The notes below the pieces were generated by a model that was not told where the DNA came from, did not search any database, and saw only the letters and a program-made list of their open reading frames with translations. DNA of 64,000 nucleotides from Oscillospiraceae bacterium (GTDB lineage: Bacteria; Bacteroidota; Bacteroidia; Bacteroidales; Bacteroidaceae), in NCBI GenBank assembly GCA_963599465.1, contig CAVBXD010000001.1, positions 76,080 to 140,079 of the forward strand, read 5' to 3'. The stretch's first letter is position 1. Each line of letters starts with the position of its first letter. This document shows positions 47,672 through 56,801 of this stretch, one piece after another. The translations under genes and the position numbers were made by a program.

Positions 47672-50600
47672 ATGATGAAGCAGGTAAAATTCAAGCTGCC
47701 TCGTAGGGTTCTTGTCCTTACTGGCGGGCTGCTGTTGGCAGTAAGCTCTTGGGCGCAGACTACTGTGGTCAAGGGACATGTGAAAGACTCTACCGGTGAA
47801 CCAGTCATTGGCGCTACCATCACTGCCAACGGCAAAGCCGTGGGCGTGACAGACTTCGACGGTAACTACTCCATTAATGTGGCACCTGGCACGGAGATCA
47901 CTATCTCCTATGTCGGTATGACACCACAGAAGCTGACGGCATCCAATGGTGCTGTCATTACCCTCACCGACGATTCCAAGGCCTTGAATGAAGTCGTGGT
48001 CATCGGTTATGGCGTGGCGAAGAAAAACGACCTGACAGGTTCGGTCGCAGCCATCAAGCCAGACGAGAAGAACCATGCCCTCGTTACCTCCGCACAGGAG
48101 ATGATGCAAGGCAAGATTGCAGGTGTGAACGTGACGACCAACAGCGGTACCCCCGGTGGCGGTGCCTCCATCCGTATCCGTGGCGGTTCGTCTTTGAATG
48201 CATCCAACGACCCGTTGATCGTGATCGACGGCATGGCTATGGACAACCAGGGCATCAAGGGTGCGCCCAACGCCTTGGGTATGGTGAACCCCAACGATAT
48301 TGAGAGCTTCACGGTGTTGAAGGACGCTTCCGCAACCGCCATCTATGGTTCACGCGGTTCCAACGGTGTCATCATCATCACCACCAAGAAGGGACGCAAG
48401 GGCATGAAGCCACAGGTGAGCTACAGTGGCAACGTATCCCTCTCATCTGTCAACAAGAAGGTGGACGTGCTGAAAGCCGACGAATACCGCAGCTTCATCA
48501 AGTCTTATTATGGTGAGGACTCCGATGCCGCCAAGATGCTCGGAACGGGCAATACCGACTGGCAGGACCAGATCTACCGCACCGCCATCAGTACCGACCA
48601 CAACGTGACCGTATCGGGCGGCATCAAGAACATGCCTTACCGTGTCAGCGTGGGTTACACCGACCAAAACGGTGTGCTGAAGACATCCAACTACCAGCGT
48701 ACTACCGCCAACGTTAACTTGAATCCTTCCTTCTTGAAGGATCACCTGAAGTTCAACATCAACGGTAAGTTCATGTACGCCCACTCACGTTACGCCAACA
48801 CCGACGCCATCGCAGCAGCCGTGCGCATGGATCCTACGCAGTCTGTGTTCAACAGCGACGAGAAATACAAGAACTTCGGCGGTTACTTCACATGGACGGA
48901 CAGCGGCGCCACCATCGGCGACCCCAACTATCCTTACATCCAAAACTCCAACGCCGTGAGGAACCCGGTGGCGCTGCTCAACGAGAAGAACGATCGTGCC
49001 AACTCATTCGACTACATGGGCAACATCGAGGCCGACTATCAGGTGCATGGCTTTGAAGACCTCCGTCTGCACATGAACTTCTCTGGCGACTGGTCAAACG
49101 GTAAGCAAGACACCGACTACGCCGACTGGGGACAGACCAACTTCTACTACGGCAACACAGGCTTTAGTAAGGAGAACAAATACAACCTCGTTTACTCAGC
49201 CTACCTGCAGTACTACAAGGACTTCGCCAAGACGCAGCACTTCGACATCATGGCAGGTTACGAGTGGAGCCACAACAAATACTGGGGCAACAGCCTCTAC
49301 AACGACACACGTTCTTTGGTAGGCAAGACAGCGGCACAGATTGCTGCCATGACCGACAAGGACTATCACTCTTATAGCAAGAGCGAGTGGAAGCAGGAAA
49401 GCTATCTCGTGTCATTCTACGGCCGTGCCAACTACATCGCCTTCGACCGCTACATGCTGACAGCCACCGTGCGTCGCGACGGTTCCTCACGTTTCAAGGA
49501 GCACTGGGCAACCTTCCCGTCAGTGGCACTCGGTTGGAAGATCAACGAGGAGAACTTCCTTAAGGACGTGAAGCAGGTCGATGAGTTGAAGCTCCGCCTC
49601 GGCTGGGGTAAGACGGGTCAGCAGGACGGCATTGGCAACTACAACTACTTTGCCTCCTACAACGAGAACACCAACAACACCAACGGTCGCTATCCCATCA
49701 TCGGCACCAACGACTCAGGTTTGCTCTCTCGCCCTGACGCATACAATGAGAACCTGAAGTGGGAGACCACCACTACATGGAACGGCGGTATCGACGTGGC
49801 TTTGTTCCGCAACCGCGTGAGCGCCAGCTTCGACTACTATTATCGCAAGACCACTGACCTGATCAATACGGCATTCGTGCCCGCAGGCTCCAACTTCCGC
49901 AACCAGGTGACATCTAACATCGGTTCACTGGAGAACAGAGGTTTCGAGGCTTCCGTGACCGTGCGCCCTATCCAAACTGCTGACTGGCAATGGGAAATCA
50001 CCGGCAACTTCACCTACAACAAGAATAAGATTACCGAACTGACTGGCGAGGGCTCCGTAGTGAAGACGGGTGGCATCTCTTCTGGTACAGGTAACACCGT
50101 ACAGGTGCAGAAGGTGGGCTACCCAGCCAACTCCTTCTACGTTTACCAGCAGGTATATGACCAGAACGGCAAGCCTATCGAAGGCGTGTATGTAGACCGC
50201 AACGGCGACGGTAAGATCTCAGAGGAAGATCTCTATGTCTACAAGAGCCCGGCTGCTCCTTACACGGCAGGCTTGAGCACGCGCGTACAGTATAAGAACT
50301 GGGACTTCGGTGTGAACTTCCGCGGCAGTTTCGGCAACTACGTGTACAACGACCGCTTGGCGGGTTACATCAATACAGAGAAACGCTACGACTCTTCGTT
50401 CAGCTACATCCAGAACACCACACCTACGGCTAAGTCTCTCGGATGGAAGACCTACGACCACGTGCTCTCCGACTACTTCGTGCAGAACGCTTCCTTCGTG
50501 AAGCTCGACAACATCACCCTCGGCTACACCTTCGAGAACCTCTTCAAGGGTGGCAGCTACAAGGGCATGGGCGGCCGTGTCTACCTGACCGCATCCAACG

Positions 50601-50713
50601 TGGCTACCTTCACCAAGTACGACGGAACAGACCCAGAGGTGTTCGGTGGTATCGACAACACCATCTATCCACGTCCATTCTCCATGACATTGGGTCTGAG
50701 CATCAACTTCTAA
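47672..50713 (+). CDS. SusC-like TonB-dependent transporter (starch-type locus)
   Basis: EVVVIGYG, RIRGGSSLNASNDPL, VLKDASATAIYGSRGSNGVIIITTK, terminal F. Confidence 0.96.
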   Translation: MMKQVKFKLPRRVLVLTGGLLLAVSSWAQTTVVKGHVKDSTGEPVIGATITANGKAVGVTDFDGNYSINVAPGTEITISYVGMTPQKLTASNGAVITLTDDSKALNEVVVIGYGVAKKNDLTGSVAAIKPDEKNHALVTSAQEMMQGKIAGVNVTTNSGTPGGGASIRIRGGSSLNASNDPLIVIDGMAMDNQGIKGAPNALGMVNPNDIESFTVLKDASATAIYGSRGSNGVIIITTKKGRKGMKPQVSYSGNVSLSSVNKKVDVLKADEYRSFIKSYYGEDSDAAKMLGTGNTDWQDQIYRTAISTDHNVTVSGGIKNMPYRVSVGYTDQNGVLKTSNYQRTTANVNLNPSFLKDHLKFNINGKFMYAHSRYANTDAIAAAVRMDPTQSVFNSDEKYKNFGGYFTWTDSGATIGDPNYPYIQNSNAVRNPVALLNEKNDRANSFDYMGNIEADYQVHGFEDLRLHMNFSGDWSNGKQDTDYADWGQTNFYYGNTGFSKENKYNLVYSAYLQYYKDFAKTQHFDIMAGYEWSHNKYWGNSLYNDTRSLVGKTAAQIAAMTDKDYHSYSKSEWKQESYLVSFYGRANYIAFDRYMLTATVRRDGSSRFKEHWATFPSVALGWKINEENFLKDVKQVDELKLRLGWGKTGQQDGIGNYNYFASYNENTNNTNGRYPIIGTNDSGLLSRPDAYNENLKWETTTTWNGGIDVALFRNRVSASFDYYYRKTTDLINTAFVPAGSNFRNQVTSNIGSLENRGFEASVTVRPIQTADWQWEITGNFTYNKNKITELTGEGSVVKTGGISSGTGNTVQVQKVGYPANSFYVYQQVYDQNGKPIEGVYVDRNGDGKISEEDLYVYKSPAAPYTAGLSTRVQYKNWDFGVNFRGSFGNYVYNDRLAGYINTEKRYDSSFSYIQNTTPTAKSLGWKTYDHVLSDYFVQNASFVKLDNITLGYTFENLFKGGSYKGMGGRVYLTASNVATFTKYDGTDPEVFGGIDNTIYPRPFSMTLGLSINF

Positions 50714-50733
50714 CAATTTAAAGCATATAAGAT

Positions 50734-52335
50734 ATGAACTTCAAATATTTCAAGAATATAGCTCCTGTCGCCGCGGTGGCACTGCTTTCGATGGGACTGA
50801 GTTCCTGCACGGGCGACTTGGACGTGACCCCTATTGACCCCTCCACCAACATGACGGTCAATGAGGCAGCCCTCTTCACAAAGTGCTATTCCAACATGGC
50901 ACTGGCTGGCAACACTGGCGCCGACGGCGACTGCGACATCGACGGTCTCGACGGTGGTACCACTGGCTTCGTGCGCCAGATGTTCAACGCCAACGAGCTG
51001 ACTACCGACGAGAGCATCTGCTCATGGGGCGATACCGGTATCCCTGCCTTCAACTACGGTCAGTGGGATGCCTCCCATCCAATGCTCCAGGGTTTCTACT
51101 ACCGTTTGTATGCCGGCATCGACTACTGCAACCATTATCTCAACGTGTGCGGCGACGCAGATGCCTCCCACGTGGCAGAAGTGCACTTCCTCCGTTGCCT
51201 CTACTACTATTTCCTGATGGACTGCTTCGGCAACGTGCCTTTCACCACGGAGATTTCTGCCAACGCTCCTGAGCAAATCAAGCGTGCCGACCTCTTCGCA
51301 TGGATCGAAAAAGAACTGAAGGAACAGTGCCTGCCCAACATGTTGGCTCCCGCTGCACGCACAAGCAAGGATACCGGCTACGGCCGTGCCGATCAGGACG
51401 CTGCCAACCTGCTTCTTGCTCGTATGTATCTCAACGCAGAGGTTTACACAGGCACAGCCCACTGGAGCGAGGCAAAGGAATATGCCGAGAAGGTCATCAA
51501 CGGTCCCCATAAACTCTGGACCACAGGCAAGAACGGCTGGTCTGCCTACCAGATGCTCTTCATGGGCGACAACGGCGAGAGCGGTGCCTCACAGGAGGCT
51601 ATCCTCCCTCTGTTACAAGACGGTATAACCACAACCTCTTACGGTACATCTCTCTTCCTTATGGCAAGTTGCTGGAAGGCTGACATGGACGAAGAAGGCA
51701 ACTACCTCACCTCTGAGTTCTGGGCAGGAAACCGCGCACGCAGCCAGTTTGTTGCCAAGTTCTTCCCCAACGGAGATGCTCCTGCAGTGGGCGTGAAGGA
51801 CATGGTCATCGCTGCCAACGACGACCGCGCCCTGATCTACGGCAAGGATCGTGAACTGGTTGTCACCCAACCTGGCGAGTACACCTCAGGCTATGCCGTT
51901 GCCAAGTTCCGCAACACCTATTCTGACGGCGGTCAGCCCCACAACTCCAAGTTTGTGGACACCGACTACTTCCTGATGCGCTCAGCAGAGGCTTACCTCA
52001 TCGCAGCCGAGGCTGACGCTCGCCTCAATGGTGGCACGACGTCATCCACGGGTACAGCTTACATCAACCAGCTTCGTCAGCGCGCAGAGGCTACCACACA
52101 GACACAGTACTCTCTCAACCAGATTCTCGACGAGCGTTCAAGGGAACTTTACTATGAAGGCTTCCGCCGCACTGACCTGGTTCGCTATGGATTGTTCACC
52201 AGCAGCGAGTATCTTTGGGACTGGAAAGGCGGCGTGCAGAGCGGTGTAGGCTTTGCTTCCTATCGCAACATCTTCGCTATCCCGGCAGAAGACGTAAACG
52301 CTAATCCTAACCTCAAACAGAACACTGGTTATTAA
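50734..52335 (+). CDS. SusD-like glycan-binding lipoprotein
   Basis: Lipobox LSSC; NELTTDE, FGNVP, LARMYLN, ERSRELYYEGFRRTDL, QNTGY. Confidence 0.95.
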   Translation: MNFKYFKNIAPVAAVALLSMGLSSCTGDLDVTPIDPSTNMTVNEAALFTKCYSNMALAGNTGADGDCDIDGLDGGTTGFVRQMFNANELTTDESICSWGDTGIPAFNYGQWDASHPMLQGFYYRLYAGIDYCNHYLNVCGDADASHVAEVHFLRCLYYYFLMDCFGNVPFTTEISANAPEQIKRADLFAWIEKELKEQCLPNMLAPAARTSKDTGYGRADQDAANLLLARMYLNAEVYTGTAHWSEAKEYAEKVINGPHKLWTTGKNGWSAYQMLFMGDNGESGASQEAILPLLQDGITTTSYGTSLFLMASCWKADMDEEGNYLTSEFWAGNRARSQFVAKFFPNGDAPAVGVKDMVIAANDDRALIYGKDRELVVTQPGEYTSGYAVAKFRNTYSDGGQPHNSKFVDTDYFLMRSAEAYLIAAEADARLNGGTTSSTGTAYINQLRQRAEATTQTQYSLNQILDERSRELYYEGFRRTDLVRYGLFTSSEYLWDWKGGVQSGVGFASYRNIFAIPAEDVNANPNLKQNTGY

Positions 52336-52358
52336 TCTCTTACTAAAGCAACATAATT

Positions 52359-53573
52359 ATGAAAAAGATATTTTCTTATACATTGATGTTGGTTGCCTCG
52401 ATGGTGGCATTCACGTCATGTGAAGATGACAACGACTCCAACCCCACGCTGGTGACTCCCACGGAGTTCACCGTGAACACTCCTTCCGTGGGCGAGGCGT
52501 TGGTAGACTTGAAGGAGTCGAAGACCATCAACCTCACATGGTCGCAGCCGGAATTTACCACTCCCAATGCTCCAGTGGTTGCCAATTACGAGGTGCAGCT
52601 CTCCACTTCGGGTGAGTTCACCAAGAAGTATGATGAGAACGCCGAGGACAACACGGGTGCCAACTACATCTCCATGTCGGAGACCTTCACCACGTGCACG
52701 GCCGATGTCTCTTGCGAAGAGATTGACAAGGCCATCGAGAAAATGAATGGTTGGGCTGACGAGGCTGCGGTACCTGCGACACAGGCTATCAAGGTTCGAG
52801 TTCGTGCCTATGTGACTAATGCAAGCCAGGAGGTGAAATCTGAGGTGCTCTCCAACGTGATAACAATTAATGCCGCTCCTTACTATATCGAACTGAAGAA
52901 CGCTGACCCAGAGCTGTGGTATCTCATCGGTGGCGACATCTGTGACGGCAAGTGGGGCTCTGCTATTGGCGAGAGCATCATCCCGATGCAGACAGTTCCA
53001 GACTATGAGTATGACAAGAAGACCGGTCAGGGCGAGATTACCTGGACGGGTTACTTGGCAGGCAATGGTTTCAAGTTGAAGATGACTCCCGACAGTTGGG
53101 ACAACCAGTGGGGACAGGGCGATGCCTTCGGCACTTTCGTCAAGAACGACGGTGGCTCCGGCAACATCACCGTGACAGAGCCGGGCTATTACACCGTGAC
53201 CTTGAACACCGCAAAGGATGTTCTCAGCGTAGTGAAATACGAGGGAAGCGTAACTGAATACAGTTCTATATGCGTGGCAGGTGACATGTACGACGACGGT
53301 TGGGCAGACCATGCCATGACACCATGCTTCAGCTTCGATGGCGCCAAGAACCACGACTGGTACACCACCGTCACCGTGGCAGATGGTCAGGGCTTCAAGT
53401 TCAAGGAGGCTGGCAGCTGGGATTACAATACCGGCGGTCCTGTCAACTACACCGCCGCAGGCGATGGCTATGGCTATGGCACCAACAACGGCGACAACCT
53501 CTATCTCCCTGCAGGTACCTATCTCCTCATCTACAACGATATTACACGCTACTATCGCTGCATTCGTCAATAA
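52359..53573 (+). CDS. SusE-like surface lipoprotein
   Basis: Lipobox FTSC-EDD; N-terminal SusE-like domain followed by Trp/Gly-rich GFKL..W modules. Confidence 0.82.
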   Translation: MKKIFSYTLMLVASMVAFTSCEDDNDSNPTLVTPTEFTVNTPSVGEALVDLKESKTINLTWSQPEFTTPNAPVVANYEVQLSTSGEFTKKYDENAEDNTGANYISMSETFTTCTADVSCEEIDKAIEKMNGWADEAAVPATQAIKVRVRAYVTNASQEVKSEVLSNVITINAAPYYIELKNADPELWYLIGGDICDGKWGSAIGESIIPMQTVPDYEYDKKTGQGEITWTGYLAGNGFKLKMTPDSWDNQWGQGDAFGTFVKNDGGSGNITVTEPGYYTVTLNTAKDVLSVVKYEGSVTEYSSICVAGDMYDDGWADHAMTPCFSFDGAKNHDWYTTVTVADGQGFKFKEAGSWDYNTGGPVNYTAAGDGYGYGTNNGDNLYLPAGTYLLIYNDITRYYRCIRQ

Positions 53574-53595
53574 CTCTATCAAGAATATATAGATT

Positions 53596-55002
53596 ATGAA
53601 AAAATATATATTATCACTTTTCGTGCTGGCTACATCGTTGGTGTCCTGCACAGGCGATTACACCGACTGGGCTTCGCCACAGTCAAACGCACAAGAGGAT
53701 GCCGTGGCTTTCGGCAATGGCAGTGTGACATCTGTTGATGTCATCAACCTTGCCGATGTCACTGCCGACAGTGTGAAAGTGGCGAACATCACTGCCCCAA
53801 CATCCTCTGATGCCGCATATGCTCCTTCCTACAAGATCAAGCTCGGCGACCAGACCTTCGACATCTCAGTCAACGGCAACATGGCCAAGACCGACTTGGC
53901 AAATTATGTCACAAGCACCTTCGGCAAGCGTCCTACGGAGCGCGACATCGAAGCCACTCTCTCGGCTTGGGTCAGCAACGGTGCAACATCTGTCAAGATG
54001 GCTACATCGAGTGCCTTCGCCGTGAAGGTTATCCCCGAGGCACCGTTCATAGATGCTGCTTACTATCTCGTGGGCGACATGACCAGCTGGTCATTGGATA
54101 CCAGCTTCAAGTATAGTCATTCAGATGCAGATGTCTACGACGACCCAGTGTTCACCCTTACGTTTACGACAACGTCAGACAACCAGTATTGGAAGATTAT
54201 TCCACAGGGCAATGTTGACACAGGCAACATTTGGGCTGTAGAAAACGATCCCAAGGGCGTTGTAGGTGTTGAGAAAGATGGTGATGAGGCTATGAGTGGT
54301 ACACTTCTTACCACAACCTCTGAAGGCAACAAGGCTAACGCTGGCAAGATTGCCAAGGCTGGCAAGTACAAGATGACCATCAACATGATGGACTACACAT
54401 ATACCATCGAAGAGGTGATGTACGACCCGTTCATCTATTTCATCGGTGCTACCGATGGCTGGACAAAGGCAGAGCAGAAGCTCGCCCTCACAGATGAGGA
54501 CAACGGCACCTACACCGGCTACATCTATTGTGCAGACCCCAACGGCTGGGGCAACCAGTTTAAGTTCCAGCGTGTGGCTGGCAGCTGGGACAACGAAATC
54601 AACTCTGGCACATTCACAACGTTTGATGGCGCAGCCACTGACGGAGGCGGCAATATTGGTGTCAATGCAGGCGAAGGTGTTTACTACTTCGAGGTGAGCC
54701 TCGGCGGTGGCAGCATCAAGGCTACGAAGGTGGAGACCATGGGCATCATCGGAGACTTTAATGGCTGGGGCGGCGATGCAGTGATGACATGGAACGCAGA
54801 CGAGTACTGCTATGAGGTCAGCAACGTTGGCGTGACAACCAATGGCTGGAAGTTCCGCATCAATGGCGGTTGGGACATCAACCTCGGCGGCAGTGTCAAC
54901 AACCTGGTACTGAATGGCGATAACCTCTATGTAGAGGGAACTACCATCAAGCTCTATCCCACACGTAAGACATCTGACAATATCTATTGCACTGTCAAAT
55001 AA
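53596..55002 (+). CDS. SusF-like (DUF5115-type) surface lipoprotein
   Basis: Lipobox LVSC; repeated YYLVGD / IIGDFNGW / WKFRING carbohydrate-binding modules. Confidence 0.8.
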   Translation: MKKYILSLFVLATSLVSCTGDYTDWASPQSNAQEDAVAFGNGSVTSVDVINLADVTADSVKVANITAPTSSDAAYAPSYKIKLGDQTFDISVNGNMAKTDLANYVTSTFGKRPTERDIEATLSAWVSNGATSVKMATSSAFAVKVIPEAPFIDAAYYLVGDMTSWSLDTSFKYSHSDADVYDDPVFTLTFTTTSDNQYWKIIPQGNVDTGNIWAVENDPKGVVGVEKDGDEAMSGTLLTTTSEGNKANAGKIAKAGKYKMTINMMDYTYTIEEVMYDPFIYFIGATDGWTKAEQKLALTDEDNGTYTGYIYCADPNGWGNQFKFQRVAGSWDNEINSGTFTTFDGAATDGGGNIGVNAGEGVYYFEVSLGGGSIKATKVETMGIIGDFNGWGGDAVMTWNADEYCYEVSNVGVTTNGWKFRINGGWDINLGGSVNNLVLNGDNLYVEGTTIKLYPTRKTSDNIYCTVK

Positions 55003-55020
55003 AATCTAATGACATCACAT

Positions 55021-55072
55021 AAATAAAATCAGGCGGCTTCCCTACATTTGGAAGTCGCCTGATTTTATTTTT
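55021..55072 (+). terminator. Terminator of the susCDEF operon
   Basis: AAATAAAATCAGGCGGCTTCC / GGAAGTCGCCTGATTTTATTT. Confidence 0.82.
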
Positions 55073-55211
55073 CGTGTGCCATGACTCCTATTTTGCAGGA
55101 CACTTGACAGTCTTTTTGCGAAGATAAGTGCGTAAAAACGTAAATTGCTATATATCAGTGCTTTCTCAAGACTTTTTGAGCGCTTTTTGACCTCCTGCCT
55201 TAATGCCATCT

Positions 55212-55299
55212 CCATTCTAACGTAACGGCAACGCCATTCTAGCGTAACGGCAACGCCGTTGTAGCGTAACGGCAACGCCGTTGTAACGTAACGGCAACG
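55212..55299. repeat. Four tandem 22-bp units, consensus CCRTTSTARCGTAACGGCAACG
   Basis: Units start at 55212, 55234, 55256, 55278; unit 1 matches 15240 onward for 20 bp. Confidence 0.95.
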
Positions 55300-55476
55300 G
55301 GGAGCGTTGGAAGGTAAAAATGGCAGTGAATATCGCAGACATTCAGGTAAGACTCATCCCCGTTTTTTTATGCTCTCTGTTGGTTCTGATTTTTATGTTA
55401 AATGTTTAGAGTATAGCGAAAAAAATAGTATATTTGCAAACGATAAGATATAAATGATAGAAAAGGAGGTTTCGCC

Positions 55477-56373
55477 ATGACAGAACTTAGAGACAGGTAC
55501 ATACGTTTTGACTGGGCAATAAAGAGATTGCTCCGCCAAAAGGCCAACTTTGGCGTGCTTGAGGGTTTTCTGACCGTCTTCCTCAATGAAGAGGTGAAAA
55601 TCTTGGAAATACTCGAAAGTGAGTCAAACCAACAAAAGGAAGACGACAAGTTCAACCGTGTAGATATAAAAGCCAAGAACAGCAAAGGCGATATTATCAT
55701 CGTGGAGATACAAAACACTAGCGAGGTATACTACCTTGAGCGTGTACTCTACGGTGTTGCCAAGGCCATAACCGAGCACATCAACCTTGGAGACAATTAT
55801 AAAGAGGTAAAGAAAGTGTATTCCATAAGCATACTTTACTTCGACCTTGGCAAGGGATCCGACTATATATATGTTGGCCAAAACAATTTTGTGGGGCTTC
55901 ACACAAAAGACCAGCTCGTGATCAGCGCAAAGGAAAAGAACAATATAGTGAGAAAATCTCCGTCTGAGATATTCCCCACTTATATTCTTGTGCGTGTCAA
56001 CGAGTTTAACAAGGTGGCGGTGTCTCCGTTGGAGGAATGGGTCAACTATCTTAAGAATGGAGTTATATCACCAGACACCAAAGCCCCCGGGTTGCAGGAG
56101 GCTCGTGAGAAATTGAAATATTACGAGATGTCGAACGCGGAACGTTATGCTTACGATGAACACATCAATGCCATTATGATACAAAACGACGTGCTTGGCA
56201 ATGCCAAGTTGGAAGGATTGGCCGAAGGACGGGCGCAAGGTTTGGCAGAAGGCAGAGCGGAAGAGAAAAAGAGCATAGCGCTAAACCTTTTGGCGCAGAA
56301 CATACCACTCGAAGTGGTTTCTCAAGCCACAGGATTGGGCATTGATGAAATAAAGCAATTCCTGAAACAATGA
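55477..56373 (+). CDS. Rpn-family / PD-(D/E)XK nuclease ('putative transposase')
   Basis: FDWAIKRLL, RVDIKA..IIVEIQ (D...ExQ), C-terminal EGLAEGRAQGLAEGRAEE repeats and ATGL tail. Confidence 0.9.
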   Translation: MTELRDRYIRFDWAIKRLLRQKANFGVLEGFLTVFLNEEVKILEILESESNQQKEDDKFNRVDIKAKNSKGDIIIVEIQNTSEVYYLERVLYGVAKAITEHINLGDNYKEVKKVYSISILYFDLGKGSDYIYVGQNNFVGLHTKDQLVISAKEKNNIVRKSPSEIFPTYILVRVNEFNKVAVSPLEEWVNYLKNGVISPDTKAPGLQEAREKLKYYEMSNAERYAYDEHINAIMIQNDVLGNAKLEGLAEGRAQGLAEGRAEEKKSIALNLLAQNIPLEVVSQATGLGIDEIKQFLKQ

Positions 56374-56380
56374 TAAAAAC

Positions 56381-56412
56381 AAGGCGGCATTCAATAAAAT
56401 GAATGCCGCCTT
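56381..56412. terminator. Hairpin between convergent rpn and tRNA-Val
   Basis: AAGGCGGCATTCA / TGAATGCCGCCTT. Confidence 0.75.
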
Positions 56413-56437
56413 GCGTGTAATAACCTTAAGAAAAATG

Positions 56438-56511
56438 TGTCGACACTTGGATTCGAACCAAGGACCCCCACCATGTCAAGGTGATACTCTAACCAACTGA
56501 GCTATGCCGAC
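56438..56511 (-). tRNA. tRNA-Val (GAC)
   Basis: GTCGGCA/TGTCGAC acceptor stem, TCACC-TTGACAT-GGTGG anticodon arm, GGTTCGAATCC. Confidence 0.95.
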
Positions 56512-56731
56512 AAAAATGTTTGTAAAAACGTTTGCTTTTGTAAAGCGGTTGCAAAGTTACGCAATTAAATCCGTTCTTCAAAGAATACATGTTGACAATT
56601 AGCATCTATTAACTTATTGTTATAATGAAAGTCTTTATAGGCGCATTTTAAATGTTATCATTCCATTACGGGTGTTTTTGTAAATTGGTTTTTGTAATAT
56701 AACATTTTTAACGTTTTATAATAATAAAAAC

Positions 56732-56762
56732 TTTGAAGTAGTAGTTTTTTTTTATAATTTTG
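56732..56762 (+). promoter_or_regulatory. Consensus Bacteroidota sigma-70 promoter for the second susC
   Basis: TTTG (56732-56735), 19-bp spacer, TAATTTTG (56755-56762). Confidence 0.75.
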
Positions 56763-56801
56763 CCTTAAATTATAAAAACGTATTACTCTAACTAAACGCT
56801 T

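Noticed and set aside
55042..55275. Short ORFs across the 22-bp repeats (also 14995-15253 and 43883-44101)
   Set aside because: Peptides such as LEWRCRYVR are translations of the repeat, with no independent coding evidence.
55212..55299. CRISPR array
   Set aside because: Units abut with no unique spacers and there are no cas genes.
43840..56511. Integrative element or prophage at the tRNAs
   Set aside because: No integrase, phage genes or duplicated tRNA 3' end was found by eye.
56525..56536. Third LacI-like site AAAACGTTTGC near tRNA-Val
   Set aside because: Only a partial match in AT-rich DNA and not clearly tied to a glycan promoter.
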